A stretch of DNA of 64,000 bases, from positions 960,001 through 1,024,000 of the forward strand of contig CBDDCX010000008.1 of assembly GCA_965226375.1 (NCBI GenBank). The letters run 5' to 3'. The stretch is from Longimicrobiales bacterium. Lineage in GTDB: Bacteria; Gemmatimonadota; Gemmatimonadetes; Longimicrobiales; Gaopeijiaceae. The notes beneath the pieces were generated by a model. It saw only the letters and a list, made by a program, of their open reading frames with translations, made no database searches and had not been told where the DNA came from. Shown here piece after piece: positions 55,666 through 64,000 of the stretch; position 1 is the first letter of the stretch; each line of letters begins with the position of its first letter. A program made the translations under genes and the position numbers.

Positions 55666-56669
55666 CACCAAGCGAGGCTAGTGATGAAGCGCCGCACCTT
55701 CGTTCGTTCCGCGATCGCCGCAGCAGCAGCCACGGCCATCCCTACCAAGTCCTTGTGGGGCACCGGATTTCGACTTGCCCAACAGACGCCACCCGATGTG
55801 GACGCGATCTCCCTCGATGGGGGGGAGCTCACCCTGAGGGGGAGGGCGGTGGCCGAACTTCGCGCCCGTATGGCAGGACGGCTTCTCCTGGCCGATCAGG
55901 ACGGCTACGACGAGGCACGGCGTGTTCTCAATCCGTCCTTCGACAAACATCCCGCCCTCATCGCTCAAGCCACTGGCACGGCGGATGTCCGCGCGGCGGT
56001 CGAGTTTGCTCACGAGCACAGTCTATTGCTGGCGGTGAAGTGTGGAGGACACAGTGCCTCGGGTAAGTCGACGTGCGATGGCGGGCTGTTGCTCGACCTG
56101 TCTCCGTTCAGGAACGTCAATGTGGATCCGGTGGCGCAGGAGGCGTGGGTGACTGGAGGCAGCCTACTGGCACAGCTCGACCATGAAGCCATGGCCTATG
56201 ACCTGGTCACTCCGATGGGGACCGTATCTCATACCGGCATTGGAGGCCTCGTCACCGGGGGTGGATTCGGCCGCCTCGCCCGCCGGTTCGGTCTTGCGAT
56301 CGACAACCTCAAGGGTGTCCACGTCGTGACCGCCGACGGTGCTTTCCGTCGGGCCAACGCAGAGGAAAATCCGGATCTGTTCTGGGGCGTACGGGGAGGC
56401 AGCGGCAACTTCGGGGTGGTCACCTCATTCCAATTCCGCCTCCACTCGATGCAGCGGCAAATCGTTCTATGAAAGAGAGTGTCAAGGCCGGGCTCCGCCC
56501 CGGCTGTCTGCGAAGCCGTGTTGGGCTTGGCACTCAGCCTCCGCTTGGCTGGAATGACCGGATCGTCAGGGAGTGGTGTGCTGGATGAGTCAGTCTTCGT
56601 GTCGGCCACGATGATCCTCACTTGGATGGTCGATCCGTCTGGACTTGATTGAGTGGACCTAGGTCGTAC

Positions 56670-56815
56670 GACGCGAACCATGGTTCTATCTGAGACTCAG
56701 CCTCGGGGCCGGCCTGACACTTCTTCGGGTTCTGCGGAAGGGCCTGGAGTTAGGATCGTGCCTCGGCATGACTGCGAGCCGGGCGTACGGATTTGCTTGA
56801 GACTGCCTCCCGCAC
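56670..56815 (-). ncRNA. Candidate bridge/seekRNA (target-binding and donor-binding loops)
   Basis: Manual fold; loop segments match target flanks and element ends (see findings). Confidence 0.7.
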
Positions 56816-56867
56816 CGTCGTCCAGGGATTCGACGTTCCAAGGGATCGAAGGTCATGCGCTGCACCC

Positions 56868-57959
56868 CTACACCCTAGGACGATGAACCCCCCTCAATGT
56901 TTGGGGTCGACTCAGCTGCGTCGGATCAAAGACTTCTCCGGTTTTGAGTAGACGAAGGGTGAGCGCTGCGAGCTTGCGAGCCAGCGTCACACGGGCGAGC
57001 TCCTCGCGCATCCCGCGCTCGAGCATTCGGTTATAGAAGTCCAGGAATGGGCCCGGACGTCCAATGGCTACGTTGGCGGCGCCCTTGAAGACATTCTTGA
57101 GGACTCGATTGTGGTTGCGGTTCAACCCTCGAGTGAGCGGAGGGCGCCGCCGCCGGCGAGGACGCCCATCGAACAACTCGTAGTCGGAGCTCGAGCGCGT
57201 GACCACGGCGAGTCCGGCATAGGCCCACAGGTTGCGCTTCGTGCGGAAGCGCCACGGCGTACCCATGGTTGCTAGCAACAGTGCGATACGCACGGGCCCA
57301 AAGTAGGGGATCGTCTCGAGCACCCCGAAGGCCGGATCACGCTTCGCCTCGGCGACCATGGCCGCCTTGGTCTTCTTGCGCTGAGCCCGAAGCACATCGA
57401 GCTGAGCGTACAGGGTCTCGGCTCGTAGACGAGCTCCTCCCTCCGGTAGCTGCGCGAGCCAGGCGCCGCGCTGCTTCGGCTGGTAGACTCCGCCGCCCGT
57501 GGTTCGGATCGCCCGCGCACGGAAGAGTGCCTTGAGCCGCAGCATCACGCGCGTGCCGTCTTCGACGAGGTTGCGATAGGCTCGAGTCAGCTCCTTGAGA
57601 TCAGATCGGCCGTGTGCGCCGTGGTATACCGCGCGCAGCCCGCCACACCGCAACCGCTCCGACAGCTCGTCGGCATCGACCTGGTCCCCCTTGTTGCCCG
57701 AACGCTTTTCGCCTCTGCGATCGCATACGATCACCCGATCCACACGAGGACTCAGTAGGTCGTAGAGCCACTGCGCCTGGGTTCCCTCTTCGAACACTAC
57801 GTGCACCGACCCGCGCATCGCGCTGAAGAACTCCGTGATCGATGCGTCCCCCGTCTCGATCACGCTGCGCGCGATCACTCGTCCCCCTTGGCCCCGAACC
57901 GTCGCCACCGTCATTGCCTGGTGCACGTCGAGTCCCACATACTTGGTGTTCCGCTTCAT
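56868..57959 (-). CDS. IS110 DEDD recombinase/transposase
   Basis: YVGLDVH, VFEEG, KGDQVDA, YAGLAVVTRSSS, LARKLA. Confidence 0.95.
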   Translation of the reverse strand: MKRNTKYVGLDVHQAMTVATVRGQGGRVIARSVIETGDASITEFFSAMRGSVHVVFEEGTQAQWLYDLLSPRVDRVIVCDRRGEKRSGNKGDQVDADELSERLRCGGLRAVYHGAHGRSDLKELTRAYRNLVEDGTRVMLRLKALFRARAIRTTGGGVYQPKQRGAWLAQLPEGGARLRAETLYAQLDVLRAQRKKTKAAMVAEAKRDPAFGVLETIPYFGPVRIALLLATMGTPWRFRTKRNLWAYAGLAVVTRSSSDYELFDGRPRRRRRPPLTRGLNRNHNRVLKNVFKGAANVAIGRPGPFLDFYNRMLERGMREELARVTLARKLAALTLRLLKTGEVFDPTQLSRPQTLRGVHRPRV

Positions 57960-58845
57960 GAGAGCCGCCCTCTGCTGTGGTCCATGGTCGTTTCGCAACT
58001 CCACGGTACCCACAGGGGGCGTGCTTTCAAGTTGTGTTGGGGGAAACATCTTCTTTCCCATCGAGCGGGCGGGTGACGTCCTGAGCTTGTATGGGGAGTA
58101 CGGGGTACAAGCCCCCGATGAGTTGCAGTTGGACTTCGTGATGGTCCAGCCTCCCGGAGACGCACCGGGCGTGGTGGGATTCGGCGTGTGTTATTCGGGT
58201 CCGGAAGGAGATGCGGAACGCGCGCTCGCTCCCGTCTACGGGTTGGGAACACCCATCGTCGACACGATGCAAGCGATGGACTACGTCGCACTCCAGAAGT
58301 CGGGAGACATCGACGACCCGAGAGCGCGTGCATCCTATCTGAAGAGCGGGTTCTTCTCGGAGATCCCACCGGGGCTGATCGCAGCCATCGTGGACGGCAT
58401 GGAGGGCCATCCGTCTCGAGCTACCCTGGTGATTGTCCAGCAGAGCGGGGGGGCGATCGGCCGTGTTTCGAATACGGCCACCGCGTTCGCCCAGCGAGCT
58501 GCCATCGGAAACCTGCTGCTCGCGGTCGACTGGGCCCACGACGATGATGGCAGTGAGCACACGGCTTGGATCAAGCAGTTCTGGACGACCCTGGAGCCGT
58601 TCACCCATGGGTTTTACGTGAACGACGGCGACCCCGAGGCGTACGAGAGTGCCGAATTCGTCCACGCCAGCTACCGGGAGAATTACCCCCGGTTAGTGGA
58701 GATCAAGAACAGGTACGACCCCGACAACCTATTCAGGATGAATGCCAACGTTGCCCCGACGGTTTGAATTCTGAGTGGCGCCGTCCCTGTGCGCTCCGGC
58801 GCTACCGGCGCATTCTTACGTTGATCGGTTGGGTCGGGCTGCGAA

Positions 58846-59832
58846 CTAACGTATCGCGATCGGACTCCCCGGTGATCCAGTCGCTCCCTTTATCGGCATG
58901 GGCGTGAACACGAACGCGAACTCGTAGACGCCGTCGGCTGCGAGCGTGGACAGGTCGAGATTCTCGATGTTATAGACGCCGTTACGGTTCATGAGCCACT
59001 GGTGCGCTTCGAACGGACGGTCGGGGTTTTCTCCCGGAACCGCCTCCATGCTGAAGTTGTCCGCGCCCGTCATCACGATTTTCTTCTCGATGAGCCACTT
59101 GCTGGCCGTTACGCCCGGTCCCGGGGTGTCACCCGAGTAGGCAGCGTTGTCCGTCATCCAGAGTTCGCCATGTCCGGTGTTGAATAGGACAACGTCGCCC
59201 TCGCGTATGTCCGTATTCTGCCGTGCGAGTGTGCCCTCGATGTCGACGATGGTGATTACGTAGCCGGGAGCGAGCCGTCGAACATCCTTGTATGCTGCAA
59301 CGTCTAGCAATACGCCGCGCGTGAAGATGGAGCCGACGTTTTCGACCCCCAGTTTCGTCAGACCGTACGTGTCGCCGAACTCCGAAAGCTTGAAGCCGTT
59401 ATAGAATATCGCTTCGCCGTCGACCATCGTGCCGATGTGGCCGAGTCCGTCGAATTGGGTGCCGATCTGCCCCAGTTCACCACTGATCAATTCGTCGTTG
59501 TATACGACTTGTCCTACACCCATGGGGCCACCGGTGGGGAGTCCGGGGATGGTCAGGCTATAGTGCCGGTTCCCGAAGAGCGGCATGCCGAGCTCGTAGG
59601 TCCTCCCCAGCTCGTAAATCGTTCCTTCCCTTATGAGTCCCACCGCTTCGAGAACCTTGGCAGGCGTGATGCGATTCGCCGCACCACGTTGGTCGTCGGG
59701 GCCCCACTCCGAGGGCCACCACCGAGTGCCGGTTGGCGTTTGCGCGTCTGCGGGAACAGGTGCTAAGGGGAGGATTGCGAGTACCAGGAGGGCAAGTCGA
59801 CCCCTTGGCGGACATGCAGCTCGAGTTGGCAA
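58846..59832 (-). CDS. Cyclase family (kynurenine formamidase-like) secreted protein; start uncertain
   Basis: WGPDDQRGAAN, GTQFDGLGH, TRGVLLD, ENLDL, GATGSP. Confidence 0.88.
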   Translation of the reverse strand: MPTRAACPPRGRLALLVLAILPLAPVPADAQTPTGTRWWPSEWGPDDQRGAANRITPAKVLEAVGLIREGTIYELGRTYELGMPLFGNRHYSLTIPGLPTGGPMGVGQVVYNDELISGELGQIGTQFDGLGHIGTMVDGEAIFYNGFKLSEFGDTYGLTKLGVENVGSIFTRGVLLDVAAYKDVRRLAPGYVITIVDIEGTLARQNTDIREGDVVLFNTGHGELWMTDNAAYSGDTPGPGVTASKWLIEKKIVMTGADNFSMEAVPGENPDRPFEAHQWLMNRNGVYNIENLDLSTLAADGVYEFAFVFTPMPIKGATGSPGSPIAIR

Positions 59833-60185
59833 TGATGGGCGAGAATCCCGCCACTTCGTGGACCAAGGCGGTATACACGCCGGGCGAGTTGACCCACCAG
59901 GATGCGGCTGTGCTCGACCGATACTTCAACTACGGTCTGGTCCAACTTCAGCGGCTGCAGCAGATGAATGAGATGGGCATGGCCCACGATAGATGGAAGG
60001 ACCGGATCAGTTACCTAAGATGGCATCTGGGCAATGACGTAGGGCAGCGCTGGTGGGCTCACTTCAAAGACGGTTTCCCTCCGGACTTTGCGGCGACCGT
60101 GGACGAAATCCTCGAGCAGAGTGATTTCCGGGACAACCAACAGCTCCTCGATGCACTGGTCGGCCAACGACCACCGGCAGTCTAA
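59814..60185 (+). pseudogene. Hypothetical protein, probably 5' truncated
   Basis: Coding-like ORF with RWW motif; start overlaps the divergent cyclase gene. Confidence 0.5.
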
Positions 60186-60278
60186 CGAGTCTGCCCAGGA
60201 GGACCGAAATGGCTACGATGTCTTAACTCGATAGATCGTGTTCTCGACTCTGCCGCGCTCGATGTAACCTGAGGACCT

Positions 60279-61499
60279 GTGCCACTCGTGATCCAACCCT
60301 ACCACGTCATGCTCAAACCTCGGGGCGCGATCTGCGACCTGGACTGTGAGTACTGCTATTACTTGAAGAAGGAAGAGCTGTACGCTGGGTCGAGCTTCCG
60401 CATGACCGACGACGTGCTGGAGGCGTTCACCAAACAGTACATCGAGAGCCAGCTCAGTTCGGAGATCGTTTTCGGATGGCAGGGCGGCGAACCCACGCTC
60501 ATGGGCCTCGAGTTTTACCGGCGAGCGGTCGAGTACCAGCGGAAGTACACGAAGCCCGGTGTCCGTATCCTGAACACGCTCCAGACGAACGGCGTCAGCC
60601 TCGACGATGCGTGGTGCACGTTTTTCCGGGAGAACGGCTTCTTGATCGGGATCAGCGTGGATGGTCCGGCCCCGCTGCACGACGCGTCTCGGGTGGACAA
60701 GGGCGGAAGACCGACGCACATCAGGGTGATGGCAGGCCTGGACCTGATGAAGAAGCACGGGGTCGAGTACAACGTGCTCACAACGGTGCATGCCGCCAAC
60801 GTCGATCATCCGTTGGAGGTCTACCGATACCTCCGTGACGAGGTCGGTTCGACGTTCATGCAGTTTATCCCGATCGTCGAGCGCGAGGGCGAGAGCGGCG
60901 CAACGAGTCGCTCCGTCACGGGACTGGGCTACGGTGAATTCCTGGTCTCGATCTTCGACGATTGGGTCCATAGGGACGTCGGAAAGGTCTTCGTACAGAT
61001 CTTCGACGTGGCACTCTCTGCTTGGGCCGGGCAGGGAGCGGGACTGTGCATTTTCGAGGAGACCTGTGGACGGGCGCTCGCGATTGAGCACACGGGCGAT
61101 CTGTATTCGTGCGACCACTTCGTCGAGCCCGAGCATCTCCTGGGGAACGTGCTTCGAACGGAACTCCCCGTGCTCGTCGACGGTGCGCGGCAACGTGACT
61201 TCGGCACCGCCAAGAGGGACACGCTGCCGCAGTACTGTCTGGACTGCGAGGTCCGGTTCGTGTGCAACGGCGGCTGTCCGAAGAACCGGTTCATCCGGAC
61301 GCCCAGTGGCGAAGGCGGTCTGAACCACCTGTGCGAGGGCTACCGTCCGTTCTTTAATCATATCGACCCGGCGATGAAGTACATGGTAGAGGCCCTGCAG
61401 AACCGTGCGCCGCCTGCCGGAATCATGCAGGTTCTCTCAGACGGGGTGGACGCCGAGTTGATAGCGGCGTACGGAGCCGGGACGGAGAGCGCCCAATGA
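60279..61499 (+). CDS. Anaerobic sulfatase maturase (radical SAM/SPASM)
   Basis: KP.GAICDLDCEYCYY, WQGGEP, QTNG, YSCDHFV, CNGGCPK. Confidence 0.95.
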   Translation: MPLVIQPYHVMLKPRGAICDLDCEYCYYLKKEELYAGSSFRMTDDVLEAFTKQYIESQLSSEIVFGWQGGEPTLMGLEFYRRAVEYQRKYTKPGVRILNTLQTNGVSLDDAWCTFFRENGFLIGISVDGPAPLHDASRVDKGGRPTHIRVMAGLDLMKKHGVEYNVLTTVHAANVDHPLEVYRYLRDEVGSTFMQFIPIVEREGESGATSRSVTGLGYGEFLVSIFDDWVHRDVGKVFVQIFDVALSAWAGQGAGLCIFEETCGRALAIEHTGDLYSCDHFVEPEHLLGNVLRTELPVLVDGARQRDFGTAKRDTLPQYCLDCEVRFVCNGGCPKNRFIRTPSGEGGLNHLCEGYRPFFNHIDPAMKYMVEALQNRAPPAGIMQVLSDGVDAELIAAYGAGTESAQ

Positions 61500-62986
61500 C
61501 ACAGCCTTATAGGTCCAGACGCGAATTCATCCGGAATACGGGCGCGCTCGGCCTTGCGCTCGGCCTCGGGGAGTGGGCGAGCGGCTGCGCCTCGCCCGGC
61601 CAAAGCCTTCCTAACGTCGTGCTGATCTTCGCGGACGATCAGGGCTACGGAGATGTAGGCGTGTACGGGGCGCAGGGCTTCACGACGCCCCACCTCGACA
61701 GGCTCGCAGCCGAGGGCAGGCGCTTCACGGACTTCTATGCGTCACAGGCTGTTTGCTCCGCATCGCGTGCGGCGCTCCTTACCGGCTGCTATTCGAATCG
61801 CGTTGGCATCTTGGGTGCGCTGGGCCCCGGTGCCGAACACGGGTTGAACGAGTCAGAGACCACGATCGCCGAGATGCTGAGGGCGCGCGGATATGCGACG
61901 GGCATGGTCGGCAAGTGGCACCTCGGGAACTGGGAGCCGTACCTGCCGCTCCAGCACGGCCGCGACGAGTGTCTCGGGCTGCCATACTCGAACGACATGT
62001 GGCCGGTCGACTACGACGGAAATCCAATCCTGGAAGGCCGTAAGTCGGACAACCCCGCCCTCCCACTGATCGACGGGAACGAACGGATCGAGACGATCGA
62101 TACGCTGGAGGATCAGGCAACATTAACGACGCGCTACGCAGAGCGCGCGGTCGATTTCATCGACCGGAACGCAGCAGGGCCGTTCTTCCTGTACTTCGCC
62201 CACACCATGCCGCACGTGCCGCTCGGCGTGTCGGACAAATTCCGTGGCCACAGCGAGCAGGGTATGTACGGTGACGTGATCGAGGAGATCGACTGGTCGG
62301 TCGGGCAGGTCCTGGAAGCGCTCGAGCGGCACGGTGTCGCGGACAACACGCTCGTGATCTACACGAGCGACAATGGTCCGTGGCTCAACTACGGCAACCA
62401 TGCGGGAACGGTCGGGCCGCTCCGTGAGGGCAAGGGCACAGCACTCGAGGGGGGTCCACGTGTGCCGGCGATCATGCGTTGGCCCGGACGCATCGCTCCG
62501 GGCTCGGTGTGTACCCGGATGGCGTCGACCATCGACATCTTGCCCACGCTCGCCGCCGTGACGCAGGCGACACTGCCGGATCTGGAGATCGACGGCGTGA
62601 ACATCGCTCCGCTCCTCGAGGGCGACGAGAGCGCCAACCCCCGAGACGTCTTCTACTTCTATTACGGGCGCGAGCTCAGGGCCGTGCGCGAAGGCAAGTG
62701 GAAGCGGGTGTTCGAGCATCGGACGCGATCGTATGTAGGGGTCGAGCCCGGAATGGACGGCCATCCGGGTCCCTACGCGTTCCCCACCATCCCCGACGCG
62801 CTCTACGACCTCGAAAACGACATCGGCGAAACGACTGATGTGGCCGCAGAAAATTCGGAGGTGGTCGCGCGGTTGGGCGCACTCGCCGAGGAGGCGCGAC
62901 GCGCACTCGGGGACGGACTCACCGACCGCGAGGGAGAGGAAGTGCGCGAGCCGGGCCGGAGGCCGTTGAACCGTCGGGGCGCCTGA
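61496..62986 (+). CDS. Sulfatase, Cys-type, Tat signal
   Basis: ADDQGYGD, CSASR, GKWHLG, SDNG. Confidence 0.95.
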   Translation: MTQPYRSRREFIRNTGALGLALGLGEWASGCASPGQSLPNVVLIFADDQGYGDVGVYGAQGFTTPHLDRLAAEGRRFTDFYASQAVCSASRAALLTGCYSNRVGILGALGPGAEHGLNESETTIAEMLRARGYATGMVGKWHLGNWEPYLPLQHGRDECLGLPYSNDMWPVDYDGNPILEGRKSDNPALPLIDGNERIETIDTLEDQATLTTRYAERAVDFIDRNAAGPFFLYFAHTMPHVPLGVSDKFRGHSEQGMYGDVIEEIDWSVGQVLEALERHGVADNTLVIYTSDNGPWLNYGNHAGTVGPLREGKGTALEGGPRVPAIMRWPGRIAPGSVCTRMASTIDILPTLAAVTQATLPDLEIDGVNIAPLLEGDESANPRDVFYFYYGRELRAVREGKWKRVFEHRTRSYVGVEPGMDGHPGPYAFPTIPDALYDLENDIGETTDVAAENSEVVARLGALAEEARRALGDGLTDREGEEVREPGRRPLNRRGA

Positions 62987-63051
62987 TCGAGGTGTCGGTC
63001 GACGGGAGCCGTGGATCTTTGCACCGAAGTCGAATCGAGGAGACCTGACGC

Positions 63052-64000
63052 ATGAGTGAGAGAAACGGCCGCCCCATCTCCCGCCGAGACGCTCTCGGCC
63101 GGGCCGCCCGGGCCGGCGCAGGTGCGTATGCATTAGGCAGCCTGCCGCTGCTCGCCCGCTGTGCCCCGGCGATGGGCCGGGAGAAGCCGAACATCGTCTT
63201 CATCTTCTCCGACGATCACGCGCCGCAGGCCATCTCCGCGTACGGATCGAAAATCAACCAAACCCCGAACATCGACTGGATCGCATCAGAGGGCGCAATC
63301 TTCCTCAACAGCTTTTGCACGAACTCCATCTGTGCCCCGAGCCGTGCGGTTGTGCTGACCGGCAAGCACAGCCACATCAACGGAAAGATCGACAACTCTC
63401 TGAGTGATCCATTCGACGCCACTCAGCCGACGTTCAACAAGAACCTGCAGGCGGCCGGTTATCAGACCGCAATGATCGGGAAGTGGCACCTGCGCTCCGA
63501 TCCTGTCGGCTTCGACTTCTGGCAGGTGTTGCCGGGCCAGGGGCACTACTACAACCCGGACCTGCGCACGCCTGAGGGAGAGATCCAGATCGAAGGATAC
63601 GTGACCGACATCGTCACGGACCTCTCCATCGACTGGCTCCAGACGGGGCGGAACCCCGATCAGCCCTTCCTGCTGATGTGCCAGCACAAGGCGCCGCACA
63701 GAAACTGGATGCCCGGACCCGATCACCTGATGACGTTCGAAGGCGAGGAGATCCCCGAGCCTGAGACGCTGCTCGACGATTACCAGAACCGAGCCTTTCC
63801 GGCGAGCGATCAGGAGATGTCGATCCGCGATCACATGCGGCCCGCGGCCGATCTGAAGATCACGCCGGACAACCCGGACGATCCCACGGACAAGGCCGAC
63901 TTTACCAATCTTTACAATCGGATGAACGACGAGCAGAAAGCCGCATGGGACGCCGCCTACGAGCCACGTAACGCCGCCTTCCGGGCCGCGAATCCGCAAG
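63052..64000 (+). CDS. Sulfatase, Cys-type, Tat signal (3' truncated by window; not in ORF track)
   Basis: SRRDALG, PNIVFIFSDDH, CAPSR, GKWHL, HKAPHRNW. Confidence 0.93.
   Translation, partial: MSERNGRPISRRDALGRAARAGAGAYALGSLPLLARCAPAMGREKPNIVFIFSDDHAPQAISAYGSKINQTPNIDWIASEGAIFLNSFCTNSICAPSRAVVLTGKHSHINGKIDNSLSDPFDATQPTFNKNLQAAGYQTAMIGKWHLRSDPVGFDFWQVLPGQGHYYNPDLRTPEGEIQIEGYVTDIVTDLSIDWLQTGRNPDQPFLLMCQHKAPHRNWMPGPDHLMTFEGEEIPEPETLLDDYQNRAFPASDQEMSIRDHMRPAADLKITPDNPDDPTDKADFTNLYNRMNDEQKAAWDAAYEPRNAAFRAANPQ

Larger units (their letters stand above)
56467..58038 (-). mobile_element. IS110-family element, IS1111-type layout
   Basis: GTT core at both junctions (56464-56466, 58036-58038); subterminal TGAAAG IRs; 79-nt 5' and ~400-nt 3' non-coding ends. 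Confidence 0.92.
55684..58767 (+). pseudogene. FAD-binding (BBE-like) oxidoreductase with Tat signal, interrupted by IS110 (55684-56466 plus 58039-58767)
   Basis: KCGGHS, LFWGVRGGSGNFGVVT, YDPDNLF; removing the IS gives in-frame RQIV-GGNIFFP. Confidence 0.92.

Noticed and set aside
56898..56906. CCCCAA match to the IS110 target inside the transposase tail
   Set aside because: Too far from the other guide segments and outside the folded loop; likely chance.
60180..60186. GTCTAAC at a stop codon as attC R''
   Set aside because: No complementary L'/R' arm found downstream.

Overview
GC-rich bacterial DNA, most likely Gemmatimonadota (inferred from the gene families, not proven), in two parts. 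(1) 1-14.9 kb is a housekeeping block: 2-hydroxyacid dehydrogenase, mazG, alr, two envelope proteins, mtaB, miaB, LapA-like, comEC, fbp, then a very large acidic surface lipoprotein behind a sigma54-type promoter. (2) From the terminator at ~14.95 kb onward is a mosaic, partly decayed accessory region. It holds an intact group IIC intron, two IS481 remnants, broken attC-like sites around small cassette-like ORFs, an intact IS3 with a -1 frameshift signal, katG, a DUF1592/DUF1552/ankyrin operon, a Ser/Thr kinase-propeller gene, PadR/ADOP permease, amidohydrolases, peptidases and sulfatases. Highlights: (a) an IS110/IS1111-type element inserted cleanly in a FAD oxidoreductase, whose 3' non-coding region folds into two internal loops matching its own target flanks and circle junction (bridge/seekRNA architecture); (b) a DUF3179 selenoprotein candidate (UxxC, in-frame TGA, SECIS-like hairpin) that the ORF track splits in two; (c) four separate 5' stubs of one Ser/Thr kinase family, two sharing a 48-nt upstream element and similar breakpoints, each now in front of different cargo. 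Several 1-nt frameshifts could be real decay or sequencing error.
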